64,000 nt of DNA, from NCBI GenBank assembly GCA_017416425.1, contig JAFQCL010000028.1, positions 1,813-65,812 on the forward strand. Direction: 5' to 3'. Position 1 is the stretch's first letter. The number at the start of each line of letters is the position of its first letter. Below are positions 41,694 to 51,588 of the stretch, in pieces. Position numbers and translations under genes: made by a program. The notes beneath the pieces were generated by a model. That model had not been told where the DNA came from. It saw nothing but the letters and a program-made list of their open reading frames with translations, and did no database searches. This DNA is from Clostridia bacterium. GTDB taxonomy: Bacteria > Bacillota > Clostridia > Christensenellales > CAG-138.

Positions 41694-43322
41694 TCAATCC
41701 TTTAAGGTTTCATCCTCCTGTTTACTCATGAGCTTTGCGTATTGAAGAAGCTGCTTGCGTGAGGATACTCCAAGTTTACTGTAAATATTCTTATTGTGGA
41801 ATTTTACGGTATTTTCGCTTACACCGATATGAGCATGTATTTCCTTAGCGTTTTTTCCCTGTAAATAATAATCAAAAATTTCTCTTTCCCTGGGCGTGAG
41901 CGTGTGTAGATTTTTTAAAAACATTTTATAAATGTCCATATCTATCTGATCGCTCTTTTTATCTGCAAGCTGCGCTATCTTGGTCTGTGCCTTTGCGTAT
42001 TCATTTTCAACATCCCTGTTTTTATCTTCAAGCTGCCTTAATTCTGCTTCGTGTTCTCTGTCCTTTTTGGCAAGAAAATCAAACAGGTCGTCTATTTCGG
42101 GTACGTTTGTTTTCTCAATGTCGTTAAAATTACCGCCCTTCATGCTCTTTAATCCACTTAATATGGGAGATAGGAACTTGTGGGTAAAATAAAGGCAGCA
42201 AATGATCCCGAAGAATAAAAGAAGCGCTATGAATATTGCGATCTGAACTATATTATCCGTAACCTCGCTGGCGTAGTCCGACCTTGGTATCATGATGGCA
42301 AGCAGAAAGTCATCGCTTTGCTGACAAAGCTTGACTTTTTTTATCACGCCTACATAGGAAAGCTGATCCCCTTCAAAGGTTAATAAGCCGCTTTCCGAAT
42401 TATTATATAAAAGCTCTCCTGTCGGCTCAAGATAATATCCGCCCGAAACTCCGCAGTTCAGCCCTTTAGACAGGTCTATTTTGCCTCCTTCGTCTTTTGC
42501 CATGATACATGCCAGATGGCTCAGCTTTGTCGGCTGCGCGTGCTCGATTTTAAAATAGCTTTGGCTGATCTCAAAACCGCAGATCCCATAAACCATACCG
42601 TTTTCGCCTATAAGAGGTACGGCAACAAGCAGCGCCTCCTCCGAAGTGCCGGGAAGTATAAAAAGGTCGGTGATTTTGTATGAGCTCTCAAGTGGCAGCT
42701 TTGCGCCGGATATCACTTCATCATAATTTGGAAACAAAGCTGCATCAAACTCAAGCCGCCATTTTCTATGGGGCATAACGCCGTGATGTTTGCTGATCTG
42801 CGAATTACCCCTAAAAAGCAGTATGGATGTATCGGGAAATTCAAAGCCGCTTATTTGAAGATAAAGCCCGCTTTTTGAATGCTGCGCCCCTTCAATTTTG
42901 CTGTTTACCGTAGCGTCAAGCATGATAAACGCTCCCGAGCAGTCTGTCTGCAATAGTTTTTGCTTTAGCGGCTCAAACAATGCTTCCTGTACAGCGTTTA
43001 TGTCGGCTTCAGAGTTGTTCAGGTCATTAAGCGTTATATGCTGATTTTCAAGGTAATCTTCGATAAGCTCGGTTACGTCCTCTGAAAGCTGAACCCCCGT
43101 AACGGCAAGCGTTAAAAAATAGTCTTCGATATCCTGGCAAAGAAACTCCATTTGAAGATCGAGAGTATCATGTATTTCTTTTTGCGTATTATCAAGCGTC
43201 CCTACAGAGAATAACCCGGCAAAGATCGCCAAAAGCAGCAATGCCGTAAGTATTAACATATAAATAAACAGCTTTGCATGAAGCGTTTTTTTTGAGCGGC
43301 CAATGTCCTGTAAAATGCGCAT
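41694..43322 (-). CDS. Membrane-tethered LuxR-family one-component regulator
   Basis: An N-terminal TM, an approximately 300-aa extracytoplasmic domain, a second TM, a coiled coil, then the LuxR HTH LTPREREIFDYYLQGKNAKEIHAHIGVSENTVKFHNKNIYSKLGV. Confidence 0.8.
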   Translation of the reverse strand: MRILQDIGRSKKTLHAKLFIYMLILTALLLLAIFAGLFSVGTLDNTQKEIHDTLDLQMEFLCQDIEDYFLTLAVTGVQLSEDVTELIEDYLENQHITLNDLNNSEADINAVQEALFEPLKQKLLQTDCSGAFIMLDATVNSKIEGAQHSKSGLYLQISGFEFPDTSILLFRGNSQISKHHGVMPHRKWRLEFDAALFPNYDEVISGAKLPLESSYKITDLFILPGTSEEALLVAVPLIGENGMVYGICGFEISQSYFKIEHAQPTKLSHLACIMAKDEGGKIDLSKGLNCGVSGGYYLEPTGELLYNNSESGLLTFEGDQLSYVGVIKKVKLCQQSDDFLLAIMIPRSDYASEVTDNIVQIAIFIALLLFFGIICCLYFTHKFLSPILSGLKSMKGGNFNDIEKTNVPEIDDLFDFLAKKDREHEAELRQLEDKNRDVENEYAKAQTKIAQLADKKSDQIDMDIYKMFLKNLHTLTPREREIFDYYLQGKNAKEIHAHIGVSENTVKFHNKNIYSKLGVSSRKQLLQYAKLMSKQEDETLKD

Positions 43323-43336
43323 ATGAGCACCTTTCT

Positions 43337-44665
43337 TTATTCAACATTCATAAATAAACGCCATGTCTCCTCCGCCAGCGCTTCCACGTTTTCACCGCTA
43401 ATGTACCGTTTTAAAAGCTTATGCTGGGATGCACGAAGCGCGTCATATAGCTTTTGCACTCTGTCATAGTATCCGCTGTATATCGGTTCTTTCACCATGG
43501 TGCAGGTATCCCGTACTTCTTTTAGTGTGGTGTATAATCTTTTATATGATTCTTTTTCAAAGGAATGATCATCGATGGCATAAAAAGCGCCGTTGCTAAC
43601 GGGCATATATCCCGTTTGCGTAACAAAGTCAAGATTACGGCTGCTTTGGGTAAACCAACGCGCAAACACCGCTGCTGCTTCTGCTTTTTGCTCTGTAGTT
43701 TTATAAGAGCAAAGCCCCACCCCCGCCTGAGTGACAAGACCATTTGATGGGTCGATCTGAGGCATGGGAAGGATTTGCAGATTCATGGGCTCGGTCGTAT
43801 TATCCGGGTAGGTAACTGTGTCGTTGTAGTAGAGGATAGCGGCTGAAGAGCCGCAGCCCGCTATTACCTCACCGGTCATGACCTGTGTATTGGAATAAAG
43901 ATCGGATACGACAATATGGCCTTGGCAAAGCGCTTTTGCAAACTTCATCCACACTTCTTTAACGGCCGGATTATCAAAATCATACCAACCGTCCTCAGTC
44001 ATATAGGAAGTTTCGCCCTCCGCTTCTAATATAAGCTCAATGGCGCGCAAAAGATAGTCAAACGCGCAGAAGGGCTTGCCTCCTGACCATGTGTAAAATC
44101 CGGCGGCAACATCAAAAAAACCATCCCAAGTGGAGAGGTGATCGTATGTTACGCCCGTTTCGGCACAAAAGCGGTCAAACTGCGTTCCATTGATAAAAAG
44201 CAAATGTGTGGACTTTGAAACGGGAAAGACCACCAGCCTATCGTCAACAATACCGTCTTCAATAAATTCCTCCACATAACCGTCCAGCTCCTCCTTACTA
44301 AAGACATCGTTCCAGTTTATGAGGTTTGAAGCGCCAAGGTCATCGGCGTTGTTGTTGTGGCAGAAAAAAAGATCCGGCATCTCGGGCGCGCCAAGAACGT
44401 CGGACTGCGCCTTAAGAAGCTGATTTCCGATCTGTGATGTATTGGTCATGACCGTTACATTTATTATGATTCCCTGATCTCGTCCGACTGTTTGGTTAAA
44501 TTCCTCTATAAGTCGATTCATGGGCGAATCGGCCTGCTCGCCATAAACGTGCCACATGGTGAGCATTACCGGATTATTTTTGTCAAGCAAAGAAGCTGCT
44601 CTACAGCTCGTAAGTATTAAAAGCACAAATATCAGAGCAGTGAAAAGTGATAGCGCTTTTTTCAA
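43337..44665 (-). CDS. Extracellular solute-binding lipoprotein (ABC SBP family 1-like)
   Basis: Lipobox LILTSC. Size and composition are typical of sugar-type SBPs. No permease or ATPase genes are adjacent. Confidence 0.7.
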   Translation of the reverse strand: MKKALSLFTALIFVLLILTSCRAASLLDKNNPVMLTMWHVYGEQADSPMNRLIEEFNQTVGRDQGIIINVTVMTNTSQIGNQLLKAQSDVLGAPEMPDLFFCHNNNADDLGASNLINWNDVFSKEELDGYVEEFIEDGIVDDRLVVFPVSKSTHLLFINGTQFDRFCAETGVTYDHLSTWDGFFDVAAGFYTWSGGKPFCAFDYLLRAIELILEAEGETSYMTEDGWYDFDNPAVKEVWMKFAKALCQGHIVVSDLYSNTQVMTGEVIAGCGSSAAILYYNDTVTYPDNTTEPMNLQILPMPQIDPSNGLVTQAGVGLCSYKTTEQKAEAAAVFARWFTQSSRNLDFVTQTGYMPVSNGAFYAIDDHSFEKESYKRLYTTLKEVRDTCTMVKEPIYSGYYDRVQKLYDALRASQHKLLKRYISGENVEALAEETWRLFMNVE

Positions 44666-45035
44666 GATGTACCTCCTTTTTGGGTATGACCTACCCTTTT
44701 CCCTATCTTTTTTTAAAGAAATTAAAAAAATTTTTTGTTTTACCTACTCCGATTGGAGCTTGGGGTAGTGTCAAACGCGCGGAAACTCAATATAATTGGA
44801 TACGTGAGCAGCCGCTTAATGCGTAGGAGTCGGCAAAACTTTTCGTAAAAAGCGGCAATATAAAGGGGTACCTTTAGATGACTCGCAAAGTATCCACTTG
44901 GCTCAGGCCGCATCCGCATATCATTGCGGGCAGTGCTAAAGCATTTTCTTTAGCAATATGGATACGTTTCATTATAACATAAATATTTCAGTTTCTCAAG
45001 CTGATTAATTATTTACCAAAAGGGAGGCTTATTCT

Positions 45036-45401
45036 TTGGACTATCAGGTTCGCAAAATTCCAAGTTATAGAGTTATCGCCGATTCGGGTGGCAGCAGATA
45101 CCGCTTCTTCTGCGATTTGTCCGGAGCAGCTGTTTGTACTACAAACCCAATTCGGGCGCTTACTGCTGATGAAGAACTGACTCTGGCGTGGGAAAGAGAA
45201 GGTAAAGAGCGATTTAACATGTGTACTCGCTGCGGCAAATGGGTGTGCAACGCCATGTATAATGCCGACGTTTTAGAATGTGTTGATTGCTCCCCCTGGG
45301 AGGATCCCCCGCGTTTTTGCCAGGAATGTGGCGCTATTATCTCAAAAAGTGAGACATACTGCCCAAAATGCGGTGCGCTTTTAAGATACGGAGGAACTTA
45401 A
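45036..45401 (+). CDS. Zinc-ribbon protein of unknown function
   Basis: TTG start 8 nt after GGGAGG. Cysteine pairs are CTRCGKWVC, CVDC and CQECG...CPKCG. Confidence 0.6.
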   Translation: MDYQVRKIPSYRVIADSGGSRYRFFCDLSGAAVCTTNPIRALTADEELTLAWEREGKERFNMCTRCGKWVCNAMYNADVLECVDCSPWEDPPRFCQECGAIISKSETYCPKCGALLRYGGT

Positions 45402-45402
45402 G

Positions 45403-45669
45403 ATGACAGATATAAGTGAAGTAATCCGGCTTGAGAGCATGCGGCAATATGGCTTTGGAATAGAAGTGATGAAAAATACAAAGGTGTGTGCGCTTTGCGG
45501 AGCGATGGCGTCTGCGGCTGATATAATGTGCAAAGAGTGCCATTCCCGGCTGCCCGGCGACACTTTGTTTAATCTTTACAGGTGCAGACATAACTGCTGT
45601 AACAAATGTGGAACTGTCGTAGCGGGCAGGGCTCGGTTTTGCCCGCAATGCGGCTTTAAAATACAATAG
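45403..45669 (+). CDS. Zinc-ribbon protein of unknown function
   Basis: Starts 1 nt after the previous stop. Cysteine pairs are CALCG...CKEC and CNKCG...CPQCG. Confidence 0.6.
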   Translation: MTDISEVIRLESMRQYGFGIEVMKNTKVCALCGAMASAADIMCKECHSRLPGDTLFNLYRCRHNCCNKCGTVVAGRARFCPQCGFKIQ

Positions 45670-45720
45670 TAGGACTGTTAATTAAAAGTAAATTATCTTT
45701 AAATCTGGAGGAAAATTATT

Positions 45721-46275
45721 ATGAAAAAAATATTTGCGCTTATGCTTGCAATGGTAATGTGTTTTGCGATTTTTGCGGGTTGTGATCCGGCTGAGCCCGG
45801 GGGAAATGAAATTCAAAATCCGGAGGATATAACCGGTGAGGTTTATGATGCGGGGAATGTAAGCGCCCTTGTGCCTGATGGATGGAAGGCATTTCCTGTA
45901 ATGGATGTATTTTCCGATGAAGAGGGAGCAACTGACCCTGACGCCTTACAGATATGCAAGGGCGCCGAAACTGAGTGGGATATTCTCATTAAGCCTTATG
46001 TTCAGATCAATCATTATGGTCCGGATACGACAAATATAACGCCTTCAAAGGATTGGTATGATGATGCCGAGGATATAGATCCGATAACCACCGGAAGCTA
46101 TACCTGGAACGGCTTTACCGGAACAAGCCTTGATGCTCCGCTTGCGATACTCTGGACTGAGGATGGCGACCATAAATATCAGATAACCATTTTGCTGGGA
46201 ACGGGCGATGATGCGATTACCTTAAGCGATGCGGATGTACTGGCGATACTTGCAAGCATTGATGTGGCTGATTAA
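45721..46275 (+). CDS. Lipoprotein of unknown function
   Basis: GGAGG RBS and a signal peptide with lipobox IFAGC. Confidence 0.6.
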   Translation: MKKIFALMLAMVMCFAIFAGCDPAEPGGNEIQNPEDITGEVYDAGNVSALVPDGWKAFPVMDVFSDEEGATDPDALQICKGAETEWDILIKPYVQINHYGPDTTNITPSKDWYDDAEDIDPITTGSYTWNGFTGTSLDAPLAILWTEDGDHKYQITILLGTGDDAITLSDADVLAILASIDVAD

Positions 46276-46325
46276 AACGCTTATCCATAACAGCTGTGAA
46301 CGATTAAAAAATCTAGAGGTAGCGT

Positions 46326-47090
46326 ATGGGATTATTTGATAAAAAATACTGCAGCGCATGCGGCGAAAAGATCGGTTTTCTTGGCAATCGCAAGCTTGAA
46401 GACGGAAATCTTTGCAAGGACTGCGCTAAAAAACTGTCATTTTGGTTTGATGACCGCCGCCACAGTACGGTGGATGAGATAAAGGCGCAGCTAGCCTATA
46501 GGCAAGAAAACCAAAAAAAGGTTGATGCGTTTAATATTACTCGCACCCTGGGACGTAATGCGCTTGTAGCTTTGGATGAGGATAAGCGCCAGTTCATGAT
46601 AGTAAGAACAAATGATATGTACAAAGAAAATCCTGACGTGATCGACTTTTCACAGGTTACGGGTTGTGATCTTAATATTGATGAGGATCGTGATGAAGAG
46701 ATGCGCGAGCTTTCGGATGGTAAGAGAGTCAGCTACAATCCCCCCCGATATACATGGCGTTATGATTTCTTTGTAACTATCCGAGTTAATCATCCCTATT
46801 TCGATGACATGCGCTTTAAGCTGAATGGCAGCAGTGTATGTGTTGAGCCGGACGGTTATGGTTCCATGTCAGCGCGCTTTAATCCGCGTAATCATCCCGA
46901 TTACAAGGAGTATGAAGACATGGGCAAGGAGATAAAAAATGCGCTGATGCAAATCCAAAAGGAAACAAGAGACAGTATTGCTGCCGCCAATAAACCGAGA
47001 ACACCGGTTATTTGCCCTCTATGCGGTGCAACGACGCTTTTGGATGCAAACGGGTGCTGCGAATACTGCGGCGGCCCTGTGGGCGCTTAA
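46326..47090 (+). CDS. DUF4428-like zinc-ribbon protein
   Basis: N-terminus MGLFDKKYCSACGEKIGFLGNRKLEDGNLCKDCAKKLS matches the DUF4428 pattern. There is a second zinc ribbon at the C-terminus (CPLCG...CEYCG). Confidence 0.6.
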   Translation: MGLFDKKYCSACGEKIGFLGNRKLEDGNLCKDCAKKLSFWFDDRRHSTVDEIKAQLAYRQENQKKVDAFNITRTLGRNALVALDEDKRQFMIVRTNDMYKENPDVIDFSQVTGCDLNIDEDRDEEMRELSDGKRVSYNPPRYTWRYDFFVTIRVNHPYFDDMRFKLNGSSVCVEPDGYGSMSARFNPRNHPDYKEYEDMGKEIKNALMQIQKETRDSIAAANKPRTPVICPLCGATTLLDANGCCEYCGGPVGA

Positions 47091-47153
47091 TTATCGTTTC
47101 AAGTTCGCTAAGAAGGCGAATTGAAAATATAAAATTTTTAGGAGGAAAAGAAA

Positions 47154-47558
47154 ATGGAAGCAAAAGGAGCAGGATTTCTCAAGGTAACAGGCATATTGAT
47201 GATCATCGGTGGAGCCATATCAATCATCCTTGCAATTATCGCTATATTGGGTATCGCAGCGCTTGCTTATATAAGTGATGGTGAGATATCCTTAGGTCTG
47301 CTCTATGCGGCCGGTATTTTGAGCCTTGTAAGTGCAATAGCTCAGCTTGTCGCGGGCATTGTTGGCGTTAAAAACGCAAAAAGACCCGAAAAAGCTCAGA
47401 CCTGTATCATTTGGGGCATTATCGTAGCGCTTCTCTGCGTTGCGGGCTCTGTGCTCACCGTGGTTGGCGGCGATGCATTTCCGGTTGCAAGCCTGCTTAT
47501 AGGACTGGTTCTTCCCGTTCTTTACATCATTGGCGCTGTGAAAAACAAGGCAGCATAA
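47154..47558 (+). CDS. Small 4-TM membrane protein
   Basis: AGGAGG RBS, four hydrophobic helices, 134 aa. Confidence 0.6.
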   Translation: MEAKGAGFLKVTGILMIIGGAISIILAIIAILGIAALAYISDGEISLGLLYAAGILSLVSAIAQLVAGIVGVKNAKRPEKAQTCIIWGIIVALLCVAGSVLTVVGGDAFPVASLLIGLVLPVLYIIGAVKNKAA

Positions 47559-47570
47559 ATCATTTTAATA

Positions 47571-47607
47571 AAACCGCTGTTGATAATATGTTGACAGCGG
47601 TTTTTTA
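47571..47607 (+). terminator. Rho-independent terminator splitting the unknown-function block into two units
   Basis: aaaccgctgt-13 nt-acagcggttt stem followed by a T-run. Confidence 0.7.
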
Positions 47608-47664
47608 CAAGACGGCATTAAATATTTAATATCAAATCGGCAAAAACGCATTAAGGAGGAAAAG

Positions 47665-48153
47665 ATGAGCGTTACATTCAATACACTGCCAAAATCATTA
47701 AATGAGTTCGAGGCTGCTGCACAAATTGGACTTTTAAATCCTGAAAATACATGCGCACTGTTTATAGCTGCTCTTAATCTGTTCATTCAAAATAAGGAAG
47801 ATGGCGTGGAAGCTATCAATATCCTTCGCGGCCCCAGACCTTTAAGCAATGCTGAGGTGCAGTTCTTACGCGATAGGTTCATAGATAAACCCTATTTGCC
47901 GCTTGCGTACTGCGAGGGCGCTACACCGCAAAACAACTATACTCCAAGTATTCCATATACCTTAAAATTTTACCCCGATCCAAGGCCGCAGGACTGCCAG
48001 CCGGGATACATGCGCCTTTATTTAAAAACAACGGGGGCGGACTCCAAAAGGGGAATCACACTTCGCCAAAAAGGCGACAACTGGTATCTTTGGGACTATC
48101 CGGCGCTCCTTATGGGCATTCGGATACCCGCTTTTGAGGATCCCTGGGCTTGA
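47665..48153 (+). CDS. Hypothetical cytoplasmic protein
   Basis: AGGAGG RBS, 162 aa, no recognisable motif. Confidence 0.5.
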   Translation: MSVTFNTLPKSLNEFEAAAQIGLLNPENTCALFIAALNLFIQNKEDGVEAINILRGPRPLSNAEVQFLRDRFIDKPYLPLAYCEGATPQNNYTPSIPYTLKFYPDPRPQDCQPGYMRLYLKTTGADSKRGITLRQKGDNWYLWDYPALLMGIRIPAFEDPWA

Positions 48154-48168
48154 TGGTTTTAGCTAATT

Positions 48169-49128
48169 ATGAGAAAACAGCTATCCGGTTTGTTCATCAT
48201 ATTTTTATTGGTTTTATGCGGGTGTGAGACGGTATGTCCGCTTCCGGCAAAGACTTTGAAGCCTAAAGATGAGACAGAGGAGATAGAGGTATTGGAAATA
48301 ACAAGCTTTACATTTAACCATAACGGCATGTCAACCTGGGATATATATTCTTACTCCGCCCGCCAGACAGAGGACGGTGTTCACTTATATCTGGAACTTA
48401 ACGCAGGCAATTATATACTGGATGTGGTGGTGGATGAGCCTGTTTTAAAAAGGCTTGGCGAGATAGCGGGAAAATACCGCCTTGACAAATGGGATGGATT
48501 TAACAAAGCAAACGATTATGTTTTAGATGGCAACGGCTTTTCGCTTCTTATGACTCTTTCAAACGGCAGTACTATTAAAGCTCAGGGCACAAATAGCTAT
48601 CCAAATGGATATAGCGGCGCAAAAAGCGAAATTTATGCTCTGTTTGATGAATTAATATCTACCTATGGCGATGCATATCCAAAGACCCTGCTATCCGATG
48701 ACTTGAGGGATATGTATATAAAATTCACGGGCGAGGAGGGCTTTGGGTACCGAACGTTTAAATTCTCGGCAAATACTCAGGCTGATGGACTTATCAGGCT
48801 GGATATACATATAAAAGGCTATGAGATATGGGGGAATGATCCGGAATATTTTTTCTATGGATATTGCGAAAAATTCCCCTTTGACGAGGTACATTCCATC
48901 GTTTGTAAGTACGATATCCCGGCTTGGAACGGCTGGGAGAGAACTGCTCAAAACTACCTTGAAAGGGAATGGTTCCAAATTGCTCTTTCTTATGCCGGCT
49001 CGGAACATATTTCAGCTATGGGTACGCTTTACCCTGAAAACTATGATGAGGCGCGAGATGAGCTTTTAAAATTATGCGTGGAATTTATAAATGAAAACAG
49101 CGAGTCGTTTTTGCCATGGCAAGGCTGA
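48169..49128 (+). CDS. Lipoprotein with an internally duplicated module
   Basis: Lipobox LVLCGC. The two halves share the DKWDGF / PAWNGW pattern, the SLLMTLSNGSTIKAQG / FQIALSYAGSEHISAMG pattern and the YPNGY / YPENY pattern. Confidence 0.6.
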   Translation: MRKQLSGLFIIFLLVLCGCETVCPLPAKTLKPKDETEEIEVLEITSFTFNHNGMSTWDIYSYSARQTEDGVHLYLELNAGNYILDVVVDEPVLKRLGEIAGKYRLDKWDGFNKANDYVLDGNGFSLLMTLSNGSTIKAQGTNSYPNGYSGAKSEIYALFDELISTYGDAYPKTLLSDDLRDMYIKFTGEEGFGYRTFKFSANTQADGLIRLDIHIKGYEIWGNDPEYFFYGYCEKFPFDEVHSIVCKYDIPAWNGWERTAQNYLEREWFQIALSYAGSEHISAMGTLYPENYDEARDELLKLCVEFINENSESFLPWQG

Positions 49129-49154
49129 CGGCCTGAAGGAGAAATGGTATAAAA

Positions 49155-49910
49155 ATGGCGATATTAAAAAATTCCAAAATTATTATAGCGGTAATTTGTT
49201 TTACACTTAATATTATGACTATGCTTTTTCTGACAGGCTGCTTGGGGAATAAATATAATGTGGATTATTGCGGCCAAAAATTTCATTATACCGGCGCTAA
49301 GGATTCATATAGAGCCGGCCGGAAAGTAACATTGTATTATAGCCTGATCGCAACAGATACGGACTATGCTTTCTATCTTGACGGTGAGCCTGTAAATCCA
49401 AAATTTGATGATCAAAAAGGTTTTATTATCTGCTTTATTATGCCTGAGCACGATGTGACGCTTGAATGTATATCCAAAAATTCCATGCCTTATGTGCCCA
49501 AAGTTAAAAAAGGCGTTATGCTGGTGGATTACTATACTGCGGTAAAGGCAGCGGTCGGAGCTGACGGATATTACGAGCTTGTACTTACGACAATAGCCGA
49601 TATATCAAAAGTACAGATTGACGAATATAAGGAGAATGCAGCAGGTGAGAAAATTTGTACAAGCTATACCGTTCCTTATAGCGCAGCCGAAAAGTGCATG
49701 GCGATCATTGAAAGCTACGATCTTTCAGACTGGAATAACATTAGAAACCCGGCAAGTGTGGACGGCGCTGTGACCGTATGCAAGTTTTTTGATGGCGATA
49801 CTTATGTTCGTGTTTCCACAGACTCCATGCCTGAATATGGAATCAAAGTTTTAGATATGATTAAAGAGGTCTTAGCCGGTTATCTAAAGGATCAATACCT
49901 CATTTCTTAG
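49155..49910 (+). CDS. Lipoprotein carrying one copy of the same module
   Basis: Lipobox-like FLTGC. The C-terminal half has DLSDWNN...VTVCKFFDGDTYVRVSTDSMPEYG, resembling the module in the preceding gene. Confidence 0.55.
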   Translation: MAILKNSKIIIAVICFTLNIMTMLFLTGCLGNKYNVDYCGQKFHYTGAKDSYRAGRKVTLYYSLIATDTDYAFYLDGEPVNPKFDDQKGFIICFIMPEHDVTLECISKNSMPYVPKVKKGVMLVDYYTAVKAAVGADGYYELVLTTIADISKVQIDEYKENAAGEKICTSYTVPYSAAEKCMAIIESYDLSDWNNIRNPASVDGAVTVCKFFDGDTYVRVSTDSMPEYGIKVLDMIKEVLAGYLKDQYLIS

Positions 49911-50167
49911 AAGTGACCGGATATATCCGGTAAGAGGGTAAGCGTGCATGAAATAAATACGGCATAAGCTTCATGCTTGATGTTTTGCCGGAACGGGGCG
50001 GCCGAGGCGCTTTTAAAAGCCCCATGGATCCGCTTTAAATGGCTCCTTTTTGCGCTTGGTTTTTAAGGCAGTTTAATGCGGCGGGTTTTTAGCGGGGGTA
50101 ACATCTTTGTAAAAAAAGTACAGGGATGATACCCCTTTTAAAACGCTTTTTAAATAAAAAATATGGA

Positions 50168-51439
50168 TTATTCCCGTTTGAATAAAAGCAAAACAACGGG
50201 TATGTTTAATGTGGCCATAAGGAGGTTTAAAATTTCGCCTACTTCCCAAGCAAAGGCTACCGGTACGATGCCGCCAAGCGCCGTTGCGATAAGTAAAGCA
50301 TATCTGTAAGGTAATATTCCGCGCTTCCCCAATAAAAACTGCGCAGCTCGCTCGCCGTAAAGCCCCCAGCTTATTATTGATGTGAACGCGAAAAGGAATA
50401 TGGAGACGGTCAGAAATATCGGTGCAAGCCCGGCGCCAAGCGTGCCCGAGAAAGCATCTGCTGCCATCTGCATGCCGTTTACGTCCGTATCACCAAATGG
50501 AATGGCAATACCCGATACCAATATAACAAGCGCAGTAAGCGTGCAAATTACTATCGTATCGATAAAGACTTCAATGACACCCATGTAGCCTTGACCCTCA
50601 CTGTCATTGCTGTCAACGCTTGCGTGGGCGATGGGCGCGGAACCTATACCGGCCTCATTTGAAAAGGTGCCCTTGCGCATACCCGTCCGCATACTATTCA
50701 GCATACCGTAAAAGCCTCCGCCTATAGCAGCGTCAAGTCCGAAAGCGCCTTTAAATATGGAAGCAAAAGCCTCTCCTATAAGACCGCTTCCGTTTATGAG
50801 CACAGCTATGGAAGCAATGGCATAAAGCCCGCCCGCTATGGGTACAAGAAATGTTGCCGCTTTGAATATCCGCCCTGCGCCTTGGAGCACGGTAACGCCG
50901 CAGAGTACTGCTGTAGCGGCGCTTAATATAAATGGCAGCGAGGGAAGTCCAAAGTGGAGCGTGACGGCTGAGGCTGCTATGGTGTTGCTTTGAACAAGTC
51001 CCCCGCCAAGTATTGCCCCAAGTATGCAGAATATAGAAAAAAGCTGGGCAGGAAGCCTTTTATTAAGTCCTTTTGTTATGCAGTACATGATGCCGCCCTG
51101 CTTTTTCCCTGTTTCATCCGTTATACGAAAGCGCATGGCTGTTGTGACTTCCGCGTATTTTGTAGCCATACCCAAAAGGCCGCTTATCCACATCCAAAAT
51201 ACAGCCCCCGGACCTCCTATGGCTATCGCCGCCGCTACTCCCGCTATATTGGCTGTACCTATGGAGCCCCCAAGAGCCGTGAGCATGGCGCTTACAGGAG
51301 ATGTGCCCCCATTTTTTAAGGCTTTCTTTGCTCTTTTTTTAAAAAGCGCCCGAAATTGAACAAAGCCCGACTTAAATGTAAAGTATATGCCCGAAAATAT
51401 AAGAAGGAGCACGACCGCTGTGCTGAATATGTCTATCAT
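50168..51439 (-). CDS. Alanine/glycine:cation symporter (AGCS) family transporter
   Basis: GGPGAVFWMWISGLLGMATKYAEV signature in a polytopic protein. Confidence 0.88.
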   Translation of the reverse strand: MIDIFSTAVVLLLIFSGIYFTFKSGFVQFRALFKKRAKKALKNGGTSPVSAMLTALGGSIGTANIAGVAAAIAIGGPGAVFWMWISGLLGMATKYAEVTTAMRFRITDETGKKQGGIMYCITKGLNKRLPAQLFSIFCILGAILGGGLVQSNTIAASAVTLHFGLPSLPFILSAATAVLCGVTVLQGAGRIFKAATFLVPIAGGLYAIASIAVLINGSGLIGEAFASIFKGAFGLDAAIGGGFYGMLNSMRTGMRKGTFSNEAGIGSAPIAHASVDSNDSEGQGYMGVIEVFIDTIVICTLTALVILVSGIAIPFGDTDVNGMQMAADAFSGTLGAGLAPIFLTVSIFLFAFTSIISWGLYGERAAQFLLGKRGILPYRYALLIATALGGIVPVAFAWEVGEILNLLMATLNIPVVLLLFKRE

Positions 51440-51588
51440 ACGGAACCTTTCATTTTACGTATGCCGGGGAAACGGCATTTATTGATACAGTTATATGAGA
51501 AAATGCATATTTGTATGTTGAAAGCTATCATGTTTTTGATATAATGGTATATGTGCTCTTTGTGCAAAAATTCCGATTGGAGAACCCT

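Noticed and set aside
51440-51588. I looked for a glycine riboswitch upstream of the AGCS symporter.
   Set aside because: The leader is only about 150 nt and lacks the conserved GGAGAG...CACCG-type glycine aptamer elements.
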